DNA of 64,000 bases, taken from assembly GCF_009914755.1 (NCBI RefSeq), contig NC_060944.1; one strand, given 5' to 3'. Shown here one piece after another: positions 13,088 to 24,700 of the stretch. Source of the stretch: the human T2T-CHM13v2.0 reference genome, Homo sapiens. The translations under genes were made by a program, and so were the position numbers. The notes under the pieces were generated by a model. The model was not told the origin of the DNA. It was given only the letters and a program-made list of their open reading frames with translations, and made no database searches. Numbering within the stretch: position 1 is the stretch's first letter; each line of letters begins with the position of its first letter.

Positions 13088-16000
13088 CTTTTGGATTTTC
13101 CTTGACTGAGAGTCTAAATTGCTCCTTCAATCTCATTATTTGTCATTGGTGTGTTCACATTTTCTATTTCTTCTTTCTTCAATTTTGATAGGTTATATGT
13201 GTCCAGAGCTTATGTATTTCTTCTAAGTTTTTCAATTTATTAGTGTATAATTGTTTGTAGTACTTACTCATGATTCCTTATATTTCTCTAGAGTCTATCA
13301 TAGTATATCCTTTTTCATATCTGATTATATGTGAATTTTCTCTTTTTTTCTTAATCTGACAAAACATTTGTCAATTTTATGTTTTCAAAAAAGATTCCTC
13401 CATTTAATTAGTCGTTTGTATTTTTTGTCTTCATTTCGTATATTTGTGCTCTGATCTTTATATTCTTTTGCTAATTTGGGTCTTAGTTTGTTCTTGATTT
13501 TATAGTTCCTTGAAATACATTGTTAGATGGTTTATTCATTATCTTTCTTCTTTATTGATGTAGAAATGTATTGCTATAAACTTCCCTCTAAGGACTGTTT
13601 TACTGTATTTCATAAGTTTTCATATGTTCTGATTTCATTTTTATTTGTCTTCAGACATTTTTTAAATTAAATATTTTTCATTGACCCATTGGTTGTTTAA
13701 GGATATGTTGTTTAATTTGTATGTATTTGCACAATTTCTGAAGTTCCTGCTGTTGTTTATTTCTAGCTTTATTCCATATGGTTAAAAAACACGTGATATG
13801 ATTTGATTTTTTGATTAGCTAAGACTTGTTTTGTGGTCTAACATATCTATCATGGACAATATTCCATGTGCAGGTGAAAAGACAGTGAATTATGCAATTG
13901 TTGGATGAAATGTTATGTAAATAACTGTTCAATTCTTTTGATCTACAGTGAAGTTTAAATGTTTCTTTGTTGAGATTCTCTCTCAATGATCTGTTCATTG
14001 CTGAAAATCGGATGTCGAGGTTTCTTACTAATGTACAGTTTTTTGTCTCTCCTTTTAGATCTATTAATGTTTGCTTTATATATTTAGGTTCTCCAATGTT
14101 GAGTGCATTATATATTTACAATTATTGTATTCTCTTGCTGTACTGAGCCCTTTATTATTACATAATGGCCTTGTTTGTCTGTGTTTACAGTTTTTTTACT
14201 TGAAGTCTATTTTATTTGATATAAATATAACTACTTCTGCATTCTTTGGTTTCCATTATCATAAAATATATTTTTTCATCTGATCACTTTCAATTTATGT
14301 GTGTATTTACAGGTGATGGGAGTCTCTTGTAGAAAGAATATAGTTAGGTCTTGTTTTTAATCCATTTACCCATTTTCTGTCTTCTTACTGGATAGTTTAA
14401 TCTATTTCCATTCAAGGTAATTATTGATAGATAAGGACTTGTACTGCCATATACTGTTTTCTTGTTGTCTTTTAGAAGTTTTGTACCTTTTTGTCCCTTT
14501 GTTGTCTTCCTTTGTAGTTAAGTGATTTTCTCTGTGTGTTTTTGTTTCTTGTTCTTTTTTTTTTAGTGTATGTAATAAAAATGTTTGCCTTTTGGTTGCT
14601 ATGAGGCACTTGAAGAATATTTTATAGTTTCAATAGGTAATTTTGAATGGATAACAACTTAATTTTGATAATAAGAAATGGGGAAAAGCAAACACTCAGC
14701 TCTTTAACTCAATCACTCCTCCACATTTTGCATTTTCTAAGTCTTAATTTACATCTTTTATATCACTTATCCCTTAACAACTTATTGTAGTTGTTATTTT
14801 TTTTTTGTATTTTAACCTTCTTACTAAAAACATGTAAGTGGATTGCATTCAATTATTACTATATTAGAGCATGCTGAGTTTGTCTGAATATTTATTTTTA
14901 CCTGTGGATTTATACCTTCCAATTTTTTGTATTACATATTAGTGACATTTTCTTTCAGTTTGAAGACTGTTCTTTAACATTTCTTTTAAGGCAGGTATGG
15001 TTACAATGAATTCCTTCATCTTTTGTTTGTCTTAGAATGTTTTAACTGCTCCTTCATTTCTAAATGGAGCTGTGCTGGATACTGTATTCATGGTTGACAG
15101 TTTTTTTCTTCAGCACATGATTCTATTATCCTACTCTCTCCTGGTCCATATTGTTTCTGCTGAGAAGTCTGCTGCCAGGAACATTGGAATTCTCTTATGT
15201 GTTATATGCTTCCTTTTTCTTAATGCTTTCAGGACCTACTCTTTCTTTTTGACATTTGAAAGTTTAATTATAATGTGTCTTGTGGTTGTCTTATTCAGAT
15301 TAAATCAGATTAGTGAGCTTTGACCATCCTAAACATCTTAATCCTTCTCCAAGTTTAAAAAGTTGTCTGTTATTTCTCTGAATAAGCTTCTAACTATTTT
15401 TCATTCTTAGTTCCACTGTAACACTGTAGATTTGTTTTTTTGATGGTGTCCCATGGATCTCATAAGTTTTCTTTGTTTCTTTTCATTTTTTTCTCTTTTC
15501 TACTCTGACAGTGTGTTTTCAAAGAGGATGTCTTTGAGCTCACTGTTTTTTTTCTTCTACTTGATCAGTTCTGCTCTTGATGCCCTCTAGTGCATTTTTC
15601 AGTTTGTTTACTGAACTTTCTACCTCCAGGATTTCCGTTTGATTTTTTTTCCCATTATTTTAAATTCTTTGTTGAATTTCTCATAAATTTCCATATTGTT
15701 TCTCTGTACTTTGTTGAAGTTCACAGATTTTTTTTTTTTAAAAAACAGCTATTTGAATTTTTTTGTTAGCCACATCATTCATTTGCATGTCTTTAGGTTC
15801 AGTTGCTGACACCTTGTTTCTCCATTTGGTGAGGCCGTTTTTCCTAGGCTATTCTTATTTTTTTAGATGTGCATCTCTGTCTACACATACATGAATTAAA
15901 TATTTATTTCAATCTTCTCAGTCTGGGTTTGTTTTTGACTGTTTCTCAGTGGGCTTGTTTAGAAATTCTGTCTGGATTTCCATTATATTCCATTTTAAAT

Positions 16001-17276
16001 TAGGAGGTGCCCAAAGCAAAGGTTAGACACAAGTCTTGCAATGGGGCTTCACCACTGATGCAATGTAACTGGATGGGCCCATGGGTGATCCACAGAAAGG
16101 CTGCTGTCTGTGGGGGGAGAACAAGTCAGGCCATCAAATCTGGACAGTCTGTGTATCATGTTTCCCACAGCGTGGTGCCCATAAACAACCTGTCTTGTAT
16201 AATATTTCATCTGGTAGGAATGGCTAGCCACTGCTAAGTTTCATATAGTAAGTATTGCTAACCCAATCCCTTCTCTATGTCCCTAGCATGCCTCTGGTGG
16301 TTCAGCTCTGTTGACACTCATGGTGCTGCTTGTGGGCTGATGCAGGAGTGAGTCTACTGTGAAGGCACTCAGTATGGTGGAAAAAATATTCAACTTCTGC
16401 TCACTTTATTCAGTGTAAGAACTGTGAGTTCAGGAGGACTTTCTGCATATAATACCATTATGGCCTGGGGGAGGAGTATCACAGTCACGAGTACTGTTTC
16501 CCTTACTGTCCAAGCATAGTTTTACTCCTCTTTGCAGTCCAAAGGGGCTTCATTGACTCACTCATGTATTCAGGGTTCATTAGCTCTTGTAAAGATAATT
16601 TCATATGTGGATAGTTGTTCATATAGATGTGTCCATAGGGGTATGATTACTGGAGAGATCTACTCCACTACCTTGCTCTGTCCAAATCCTTCCCCTTTCC
16701 AACAAGAGTTTGCCACCTTCTAGTTTTCTTTTTTCTTAACCAAACTAAGTTTAGCCTTTTAATCCTTCACCCTCCTCCACTTCAAATGCCATTGCTTCTT
16801 TGTATGCTTATTGTATTTTCCATGCTATATGACTTTCAGCTGGTTATTTACAGTATGTAAGTTTTAATATCCTGTAAAAGGGGGATAATAATGGCATCCA
16901 TTTGATAGGGATGTTAAAGATTCTAAATGACACTGTCCATGTTAAATAACTTTTTGAGATATATTGAGATGTTTCTGTACTTCCTTGTTCTGCCCTTCTT
17001 GTTGAACCAGAGGAATCTATTGCCATGAAAAGCAATAAAACTGTCATAGTAGAAATTAAAAGTGAGTAGGAACTTATTTAAAAATCATCATTCTCCTTTT
17101 CAATGCAAAAATAAGAACTAGAAAATTTTAATAAGGCAATAGTCCGAAGAAATAACTTATGGGAGATAATATGGGTTTTTTAATCTTAAAGGGTTCTTTC
17201 ATATATTCAAGCTTCGAGATTGGTTGCCCTGAATCCTACTAAAATTTCAATGTAAGTTTTAGAGCAGGAGGAAAGA

Positions 17277-17630
17277 GTCAAAGAAAAAATTGCACTGGAA
17301 AAAGTTAAATAAGTAAGGAAGATATTATTAAAGCTATTGCAATACTGGAGAGAGTCCAGACCTAGTCTGAACTCAGCTCCCCTAATACAAAGGGCCGTGG
17401 AGTTTTTGAAAGTGAGGGTAAGGGGGCGATCATAGGCCACCTGTCTTTGCTAACTGTCTTTTCTCAAAGGAAAAATAAACTTTCTTTTATCTTTATGATA
17501 TAAGGTAATTTTTACAACTTGGAGCAAGATTAGGCTCTTACTCTCTCATGGAGACTGGGAAATAAGGTATTATCTTTCTGGAGGATTATGTTTGAAAGAG
17601 ATGGCTCCCAGATCCTTGAAAAAGGAAATT
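17277..17630 (-). mobile_element. MER31/MER67-like ERV1 LTR fragment
   Basis: gtcaaagaaaaaattgcactgg...aaggaagatattattaaagctattgcaata...gagatggctcccagatccttg. Confidence 0.6.
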
Positions 17631-17639
17631 TTCTGCTTA

Positions 17640-17802
17640 CAAATTGCACATGCCACTTCTACCTGCATTTCACTGGCCAAACAGGTCACATGTCTAAATC
17701 TGACCTTTCCTTCAATAGGACAGAAGTGTATAATCTTCTAGGAGATAGGGCCACTACAGCAGGAAGACCAGATAATGGGAGAATGGTAATATAATCTACC
17801 AC
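17640..17802 (-). mobile_element. Old MLT1 (J/K/L-type) LTR fragment
   Basis: cacttctacctgcatttcactggcc...gtcacatg...aatataatctaccaca. Confidence 0.55.
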
Positions 17803-17910
17803 AATGACCACAGTGAAAACATTAGTAATCCTCAGGGTTAAAACAAGTCTTCTTGGACACTTAGGTTGATTCTAGGCTATTGTCAATAGTGGAATAACAA
17901 AAAATAAAGA

Positions 17911-18772
17911 GAATAGCCCAGCTAGACAATTCACAGTAACTTATGGCCTAGACAATTTTATTTCTTGATCAACACAACTCTTTATAGATGCCTGTGGTCC
18001 AAAAATGCAGATTCCTAATCGTCCCCAAAAAGAAGGGATCCTCTGCAAGGCAACCTCGGAGGGAGTTTAGGATTGTTCTGAGGTAGTGAAAGCCATTGAG
18101 ATTCACATGTAAAAGGGTATAGAAAGGGAATCCACATGTTTTGATCCCTCCATGTGCTGGGTATAACTTGGTCTTCACTACATTGCACCACCTTTGGTGT
18201 TAGAGAGAACTGGATTTGAATCCCAGTTCCTTCACTCATTATGATTTGATGGTGAATGTGTTTTTAACTCATCTGAACCTTAGTTTGCTCATCTACAAAT
18301 GATGGGATTGTTATGAGACTTGCATAAGGTAAGTGTTTAAAAATCTGGGAATAATCCTGTAATTTAAAAGACGGGGATGTGATGAGGCTTCAATAAGGTA
18401 AGTGTGTAAAAATCTGGACACAATGTTACTAATTTTGTAGGTTTTCAATATATAGAGAAGGAGGATTATTTTTCTCTCATTTAATTTTTAGAACAAGTTT
18501 ATAAAATTGGTATTATTCATATTTTTGAGATAATCAAAGGATCAGTAAGTTTAAATAAATCACCATAGTAACAAAGCAGTTCACAATATATTGACTGGAT
18601 AATTGCTAGTGAAAAGTAGCAATGATGATCACATTGAAAATCTTTTGTTAGGTGGTGGTTTTCTCTTGCATAAGCCTCTTCATTTGTTGAAACCATAGAT
18701 TCTAAGTTTGCTCTATCAAAGTGATCATTAGAAAAATATAATGTACTTAGTGTATAAATTTTAGAAAATTTC
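17911..18772 (+). repeat. Local duplication copy A (~860 bp, includes a MIR)
   Basis: Colinear with 20172-21490, roughly 90% identity by eye; the ORF track also shows paired ORFs (18015-18239 vs 20249-20518). Confidence 0.95.
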
Positions 18773-19089
18773 CTTTTCGATTCTCTTAATTTGATTGAAT
18801 ATGTGCATTTTGAATTATGAATGTAAATATGAATACGTATGACATATGAAATATGACTTGACATCACAGAGTAAACTTAGATCGTGGCAACGTTTTTTTC
18901 TGAAAGCACCTGCAGAAATGTATCTTCTTTCTAGTTTCCAAAAAACTCAGAGGTCATGGGGGAAGAGGGGACTTTGGCTGTCAGACAATGCATGAGGTAC
19001 ATTAGGATACAGTAATTTCAACATAATTCATATTCATAATTCACAGTGAGGAAACCTGAAAGTTGCTACCACTTACCAATAAATGAAAA

Positions 19090-19510
19090 GTGGGGCAGTG
19101 TCGCTGGGGGTCGCGGCTTTGTGAGCCAGTGCCTGGACTCCCACGTCACAAATGGAAGGGCAGCGTGTGGAAGGAAATCAAGGCCTGATTGGTTCTTCCT
19201 AAGCAGGACACATCAGGTTGTCAGGGCAACCGGCCTTCAGTTGGTGGCCTTCAGTGGGTGCCTTAAGTTGGTGGCATTTGGTTGCCTTTCCTGGGGATAG
19301 GGGGCAGTTGCTCAGCTCTGCAGACGTGGGGGCAAGCGAAGGCCCAAGCTGCCTCGAGAAGAGCAGAGGTGCCCCATGGGGACCACGGTGACCAGTCGCA
19401 TGTGCACCAAAGCCAGCCCTGCAGCACATTGGCGACCAGAAGATGCCCAAAGGTAGGGAGGCGACAGATACCGCTTGGCCTCAGGAGCTTCTCTGGCCGT
19501 TGCTGAACCA
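19090..19510 (+). promoter_or_regulatory. GC-rich decayed promoter/first-exon-like segment
   Basis: CCACGTCA 19141-19148, CTGATTGGT 19185-19193, X-box GTTGTCAGGGCAAC 19217-19230, donor-like AAG|GTAGGG after 19452. Confidence 0.4.
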
Positions 19511-19917
19511 AGGTTCCCCCAGAGACATCCACAGCCTGGGGCTCCTCCCTTCTTCACCTAGTTCCTTTCCTAGGCCCAGGCCCCAAGCCTGAGGACTGGC
19601 TCTGCCTGAGGTCTCCATCCCTTCGTCTTTCCCTGTTGCATCCAGTCAGTTTCTTTTCCCCTCCCTACCCATATGCCCAGTTCTGGACCCTCTTCTTCTT
19701 CCTAGAGGCTGGCCAAAAACTAAGTTTTCAAAGTACAAAATGGATGCTACAGATTTCGTTGCTGTAGAGGAAATGTCTGACAGCTCTTGTGTTTAAACTT
19801 AAGTAGCTACACCGGGACTCACAGTTTCATAACTTGAGTTCTAGACCAGAGCTCTCTGCCCTAAAGCAACAGAAAGGGGTTAGAGGTACTCTTCTTGATT
19901 CTAATAATAAAAAATGA

Positions 19918-20044
19918 TTTTTTTTTGTACGGACAAGGTCTCATTGTGTTGCCCAAGCTTGTCTCAAACCCCTGGCCTCAAGTGATTCACCCACCTTGGC
20001 CTCCCACACTGCTGGGATGACAGGAAGAGCCACCACACTTGGTC
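19918..20044 (-). mobile_element. FLAM/Alu left monomer
   Basis: T tail plus ggtctcattgtgttgcccaagc...gagccaccacacttggtc. Confidence 0.85.
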
Positions 20045-20171
20045 ATTGGAGGTGCTCTTGCTTTGTGTGTTTTGGCTGGTCTTCAGGCGCAGCTGTCTGT
20101 AAGATGCTCCTGCAGTATATTTCTATGTCTTTCTGCACAGATTCAGTGGATCCTGTGATTTTTTTTACATG

Positions 20172-21490
20172 GAATAGCCCCTTTATTTTTTGGCAGAGAA
20201 GCTAGACAATTCACAGCAACCTATGGCCTAGTAAATTTTATTTCTTGATCAACACCACTCTTTATAGATGCTTGTGGTCCAAAAATGCAGATTCCTAATC
20301 ATCCCCACGAATAAGGGGGCCATTGCAAGGCAACCTGGGAGGGAGTTTAGTATTGCTCTGAGGCAGTGAAAGCTATTGAAATTCCCACATGAGGGGGCAG
20401 AAAAGGGAATCCACATGTTTTGATCCCCCCATGTTCTAGGTGTAACTTGGTCCTCGTTAAATTGCACAATTTTTGGCATCAGAGAGAACCGGATTTGAAT
20501 TCCAGTTCCATCACTCATTATGATTTGATGGTGAACGTGTTTTTAACTCGTCTGAGGCTCAGTTTGCTGATCTATAAAAGATGGGATTGTTACGAGGCTT
20601 CCATAACGTACATGTGTAAAAATCATGGCAAATGCTTGTAATTTAAAATACAGGGTTGTCAGGAGACTTCTATCAGGTAAGTATGTAAAAACCTGGACAC
20701 AATGCCTATAATTTTGTTAGTATTCAATATATGGAGACGGAGGATTATTTTTCTTTCATTTAATTTTTACAGCAACTTTATAAAATTGGTGATACTCATA
20801 TATTTGAGATAATCAAACCAAGGATCAGAAAGACTAAATAAATCAGCATAGTCACAAAGCAGTTCACAATACATTTACTGGATAATTTCTAGTTAAAAGT
20901 AGCAATGATGATCACATTGAAAATCTTGTATTATCTGGTGGTTTTCTCTTACATAAGCTTCTTGGAATTTAGTAAGATAAGTTGCAGCTCAAAAAGCAGA
21001 TCCGTAGAATATTTAGTTCCAGAGATTGTAGTGGGAGCCCAAGTATTGAATGAGTTTTGTTGGGAACAAGGTGTAGGCTGAGAATCTAAGCAAGCTTCAG
21101 GTGGTGGTTTTCAGTTGGTAGGCAGTGGCAGAAGGAGGAGGAGCTCCGTCTGTGCTCTCTCTTCCCCCAGTCACAGCCCCCAGACTTGTTGCATCTAGGC
21201 CCTTCTTAGTTAAACCAGACCGGTTGACAGGTGTATTTAGCATTTAGCAGACAAGTCAGCTCAGGGTAGGCGGGTGAGGTGGGGTGTGGGCTGCTAGTAC
21301 AGTGCTTCCCTTTGACCCAGGGCTGCCCGTGCCCATGGGGCTATTCCATATATTATATATATACATAATATTTTTATATTTATGTATATAAGCCTGTTGG
21401 TTTGTTAAAACCATGGATTCTAAGATGCTCTATCAACGTGATCATTAGAAAAATGTGATGTACTTAGTGTGTAAATTTTAGAACATTTCT
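20172..21490 (+). repeat. Local duplication copy B, containing a 422-bp extra segment (20966-21387)
   Basis: Matches copy A on both sides of the extra segment. Confidence 0.93.
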
Positions 21491-21617
21491 TCTGTTAGTC
21501 TTGTTAATACTCAATTCTTTTCTAAAACACCTAACACAAATCTCCATAGCTTTTAATCGAATTATATTATAATTTGGATTTTCTGGTCTGCCTATCTTCC
21601 AAATAATAAAGTTCTTA

Positions 21618-22101
21618 AAATTAATTTTCTATTGCTGCCATAACAAATTACCACAATTTTGTGGCTTAAATCAAAGACTTACGACCCTATACTTCTGTAG
21701 GGCAAACCTCTGACAGTGGTCTTACTGGGGTTAAGTCAAGGTGTTGTCAGGGCTGTATTGCTTTCTGGAGGCTCTAGAGAGAATCCATTTCCTTTTCCAA
21801 CATTTAGATGCTGTCCCTATTCCTTGGATCATGGGACAATCCCTCCATCTTCAAAGCCAGTAATGTGGGATGTCTGTGACCATTGTTCTGCAGTCATATC
21901 ACCTTCTGACTGTAGCTAGGAAAGATTCTCTGATTTTATAGACACATGCAATTAGATTGGCCCCCAAGATAATCAAGGATAATCCCCCTAACTCAAGGGT
22001 TAATCACATCTCCAAAGTCCCTTTTGCCCCATGTAAAGTAATATGGTCACAGATTCCAGGGACTGGAACATCTTTATGGGGTCATTATTTTGATTGTCAT
22101 A
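21618..22101 (-). mobile_element. MLT1C/D MaLR LTR
   Basis: ttttctattgctgccataacaaattaccacaa...gctttctggaggctctagagagaatcc...aatcacatc. Confidence 0.8.
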
Positions 22102-22420
22102 AAGGCAAAGTCTTGGACTTATGCATATCTAGATTTTCTTTGCTTAATTTCAGAGCCTAGAGCACATTAGACTCTAAAAAAATGTGAATGAGTGATAAAT
22201 ATTATATTTACAGATTGCTGCCACATTACAATTCTGTCCTCCCACTGGTGGTGGAATCCTATGTACATTTTACCATCTCCATTTTGCATTCATACTGAAA
22301 ATGGCTATGTTATTCCTTTCACCTGGGTGATTTGAAGCCATCTCTCTATTTCTATTTGTAGAGATCTTATCTATCAAGCCCTTCTCAAATGCCACTTCAA
22401 AAAACTTTTTCTAATCTCCA

Positions 22421-22807
22421 ATTATTAGTCAATTTATGCTCTTATAACAAAATAACACAGACTAGGCAATTTATGAAAACCAGACGTTTATCTGTCACAG
22501 TTCTGGAGAATAGGAAGTCCAAGATCAAGGCATTGGCAGGTCTGATGTCTGGTAAGGGCTGTTCTCTCCGTTCAAGATGGTGTCTTGATGCTGCATCTTC
22601 CAGAGACAAGGAACACTGTTTCCTCACATGGTGGAAGGCGGGAGAGCAAGAGGGATGAAATCCCTCCATGGAGCTCTTTCATGAGGGCTCCTAAACCCAT
22701 TCCTGAGGTAGGAGTCCTGATGGCCTCATCACTTCCTGTAGGCTCCACCTCAACACTATCACATTGTCAACGCTGAATCTCGGAGGAGCCACAGTGAAAC
22801 CACAGCA
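22421..22807 (-). mobile_element. MSTD/MLT1A-like MaLR LTR
   Basis: ataacaaaataacacagactaggcaattt...gaagtccaagatcaaggca...aaaccacagca. Confidence 0.8.
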
Positions 22808-22964
22808 CCAATCAAGTATGATCTTTCTCTCCTTAAAAAACCCCTCATATGTTTAGACCTCCCATGCACTTTTATACGTTATGTCTCATGGTTTCTTCCT
22901 GTACAAATAAGGTGCTATAAATGGATAGCTATAGTTTTGGGTTTCATTTCAACAAAACCCCCTT

Positions 22965-23440
22965 CCTAGTTTTTTGAACCCCAAGCGAAATATGAGGACA
23001 GGCCCCACCTTCCATTACAAAAGCTGAAAGGGAGTGCATGATCCTTTTTCCAGTTTCTTGGCCACTCACGTGTGGGCACATATCTAGGCCCAGCCAACTG
23101 ATGGCTCTTTATTAGAACTTGGAACCCGGTGAAATGTTGCAAAAGACCTGAAAGAATCAGAGATGATTCTGAGAAATTGAGCAGAGATGCAGTTCCAGGA
23201 ATGTGGCAGCAAGTGCCTAGGTTCAGCAGAGCCCAGCTACATGGTGACAAGTGTCAAATGACAACATCCTAGTGGTGACATCCCAAGATCTGCTTCCGTC
23301 GAATGAACTTGGCTATGCTGAGTTTCCCTCAGTTCTTACCTTGCTTCTCCAGGATCTTCAATAATTTTGTGAACTATTCAATATCCTTTCATTGAATTCC
23401 TGTTTTGCTTAAGTTGTCTAGAATTTGTTATTTTCAGTGA
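22965..23440 (+). mobile_element. LTR33-like ERVL LTR
   Basis: ccattacaaaagctgaaag...gaactattcaatatcctttcattgaattcctgttttgcttaag. Confidence 0.5.
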
Positions 23441-24269
23441 AAAGTATAAACCAATTATGCCCTCACATTAAAACACACTCCACTTAGGCATCTCCTCTGA
23501 TCTCACTGGAGAAAAGTGTGGACGTTATTTGTAATTTGACTCAGAATCATAGGATTAGTTTGGTACTAGTAACAATGGAGATAAGTAACTAACTTTTTGT
23601 GAAAATTCTTCCTGGGGTGAAACAAAATCTATTGTGGAAACTCTTTCCAATTATCTCTGGAAATTTATTAAGTGACCTAGTATATAATGATAATTTACCA
23701 TGATATTTGATAAAATCGTTTTGTGTGTTCAGAATAATTTCTTTTTTCTTTACCTTTGAAAATAATGCGTTGATAGTTAATTTTCTCCTAAATTGTCTGT
23801 TTTTATTTCCATAAAAGGTATTTATTGAATGTCTCCTTACTTTTAATATAACTAGGCATTGTGTGATCAAAGTAAAATAAATATGTTCTTGTTTCTGGAA
23901 TTACTAAAGCTTTGAAAATGGACTTATCGACCTCAAACCAATGGGACATATTCCTATGTGGCCTGCTCCTCTGTTAGGGTTCCCAGGGTAAGTGGTGATT
24001 CCTTTTCTGGCTTTTTAAAGATTTTAGAAATGCAGTTTCTGCTGTGAGCCACTAGGCGGAGTATTTCAGAGCAGGGTTTGTGGGAGTACAAAGCTAACTT
24101 CTGCTGCTTTTGCTTGATGCTTCTGCAGCTTCCTTGACTACTGTGGATGATAAGTAATCATTTCTTCCTCTTCTTTATTTTTCCCCCTCACTCTTTGGAG
24201 TGAACGTGAAACATTTAGGAATTTTGTTGATCAACATATACCCTGTTTATGAAAATCCGGCTAAGATAA

Positions 24270-24700
24270 TATGGTAGGAATCCTTTGGTTATAAATAATA
24301 GAATTCAAACTCAAACTGTTCTAAGCCAAAAAAAATATTAATTTGTGGACTCGTATAATGGAAAAATCCAGGGTATAGCTTCAGAATGGCTGAAAGTAGG
24401 AACTCAGGGCTTGGCTCTTCTCCTCTTCCTTGCTTTTTTCTTCCCCATTGATTTTACTCTCAGAAAAGTTTTCCCTTTGTGCTGCAATGGGGCCATCATC
24501 ACTCCTCCAGTTTACATTTCCTTAGTTCCATAGCCCCAGAATAAAGCAAAAACAGAAACACTTCTAATAGTTTCAATAAGAGACTAGAGATTGACTTTGG
24601 GTGTGAGGCTTGGATTTCATGTCCATCTCTAGTTTCATCTGTGCCAGGATTAGAAGTCTATTCATTGGGCAGGCCTGTGTCACGAGCTCATACAGGGTTT
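24270..24700 (-). mobile_element. Old MLT1 (J/K/L-type) LTR
   Basis: ctttggttataaataatagaattcaaactcaaactg...gaaaaatccagggta...gcttcag. Confidence 0.55.

Larger units (their letters stand above)
9975..16690 (-). mobile_element. Near full-span decayed L1MA-type LINE with internal deletions and nested insertions
   Basis: T-rich tail at ~9975, 3'UTR, ORF2 remnants (e.g. 10762-10962 KKCSSSLIVREMEVKSTVRYHLT), ORF1-like region, and an L1 5'-start-like motif (RC cagagcaaggtagtggagtagatctctcc) at ~16680. Confidence 0.85.
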
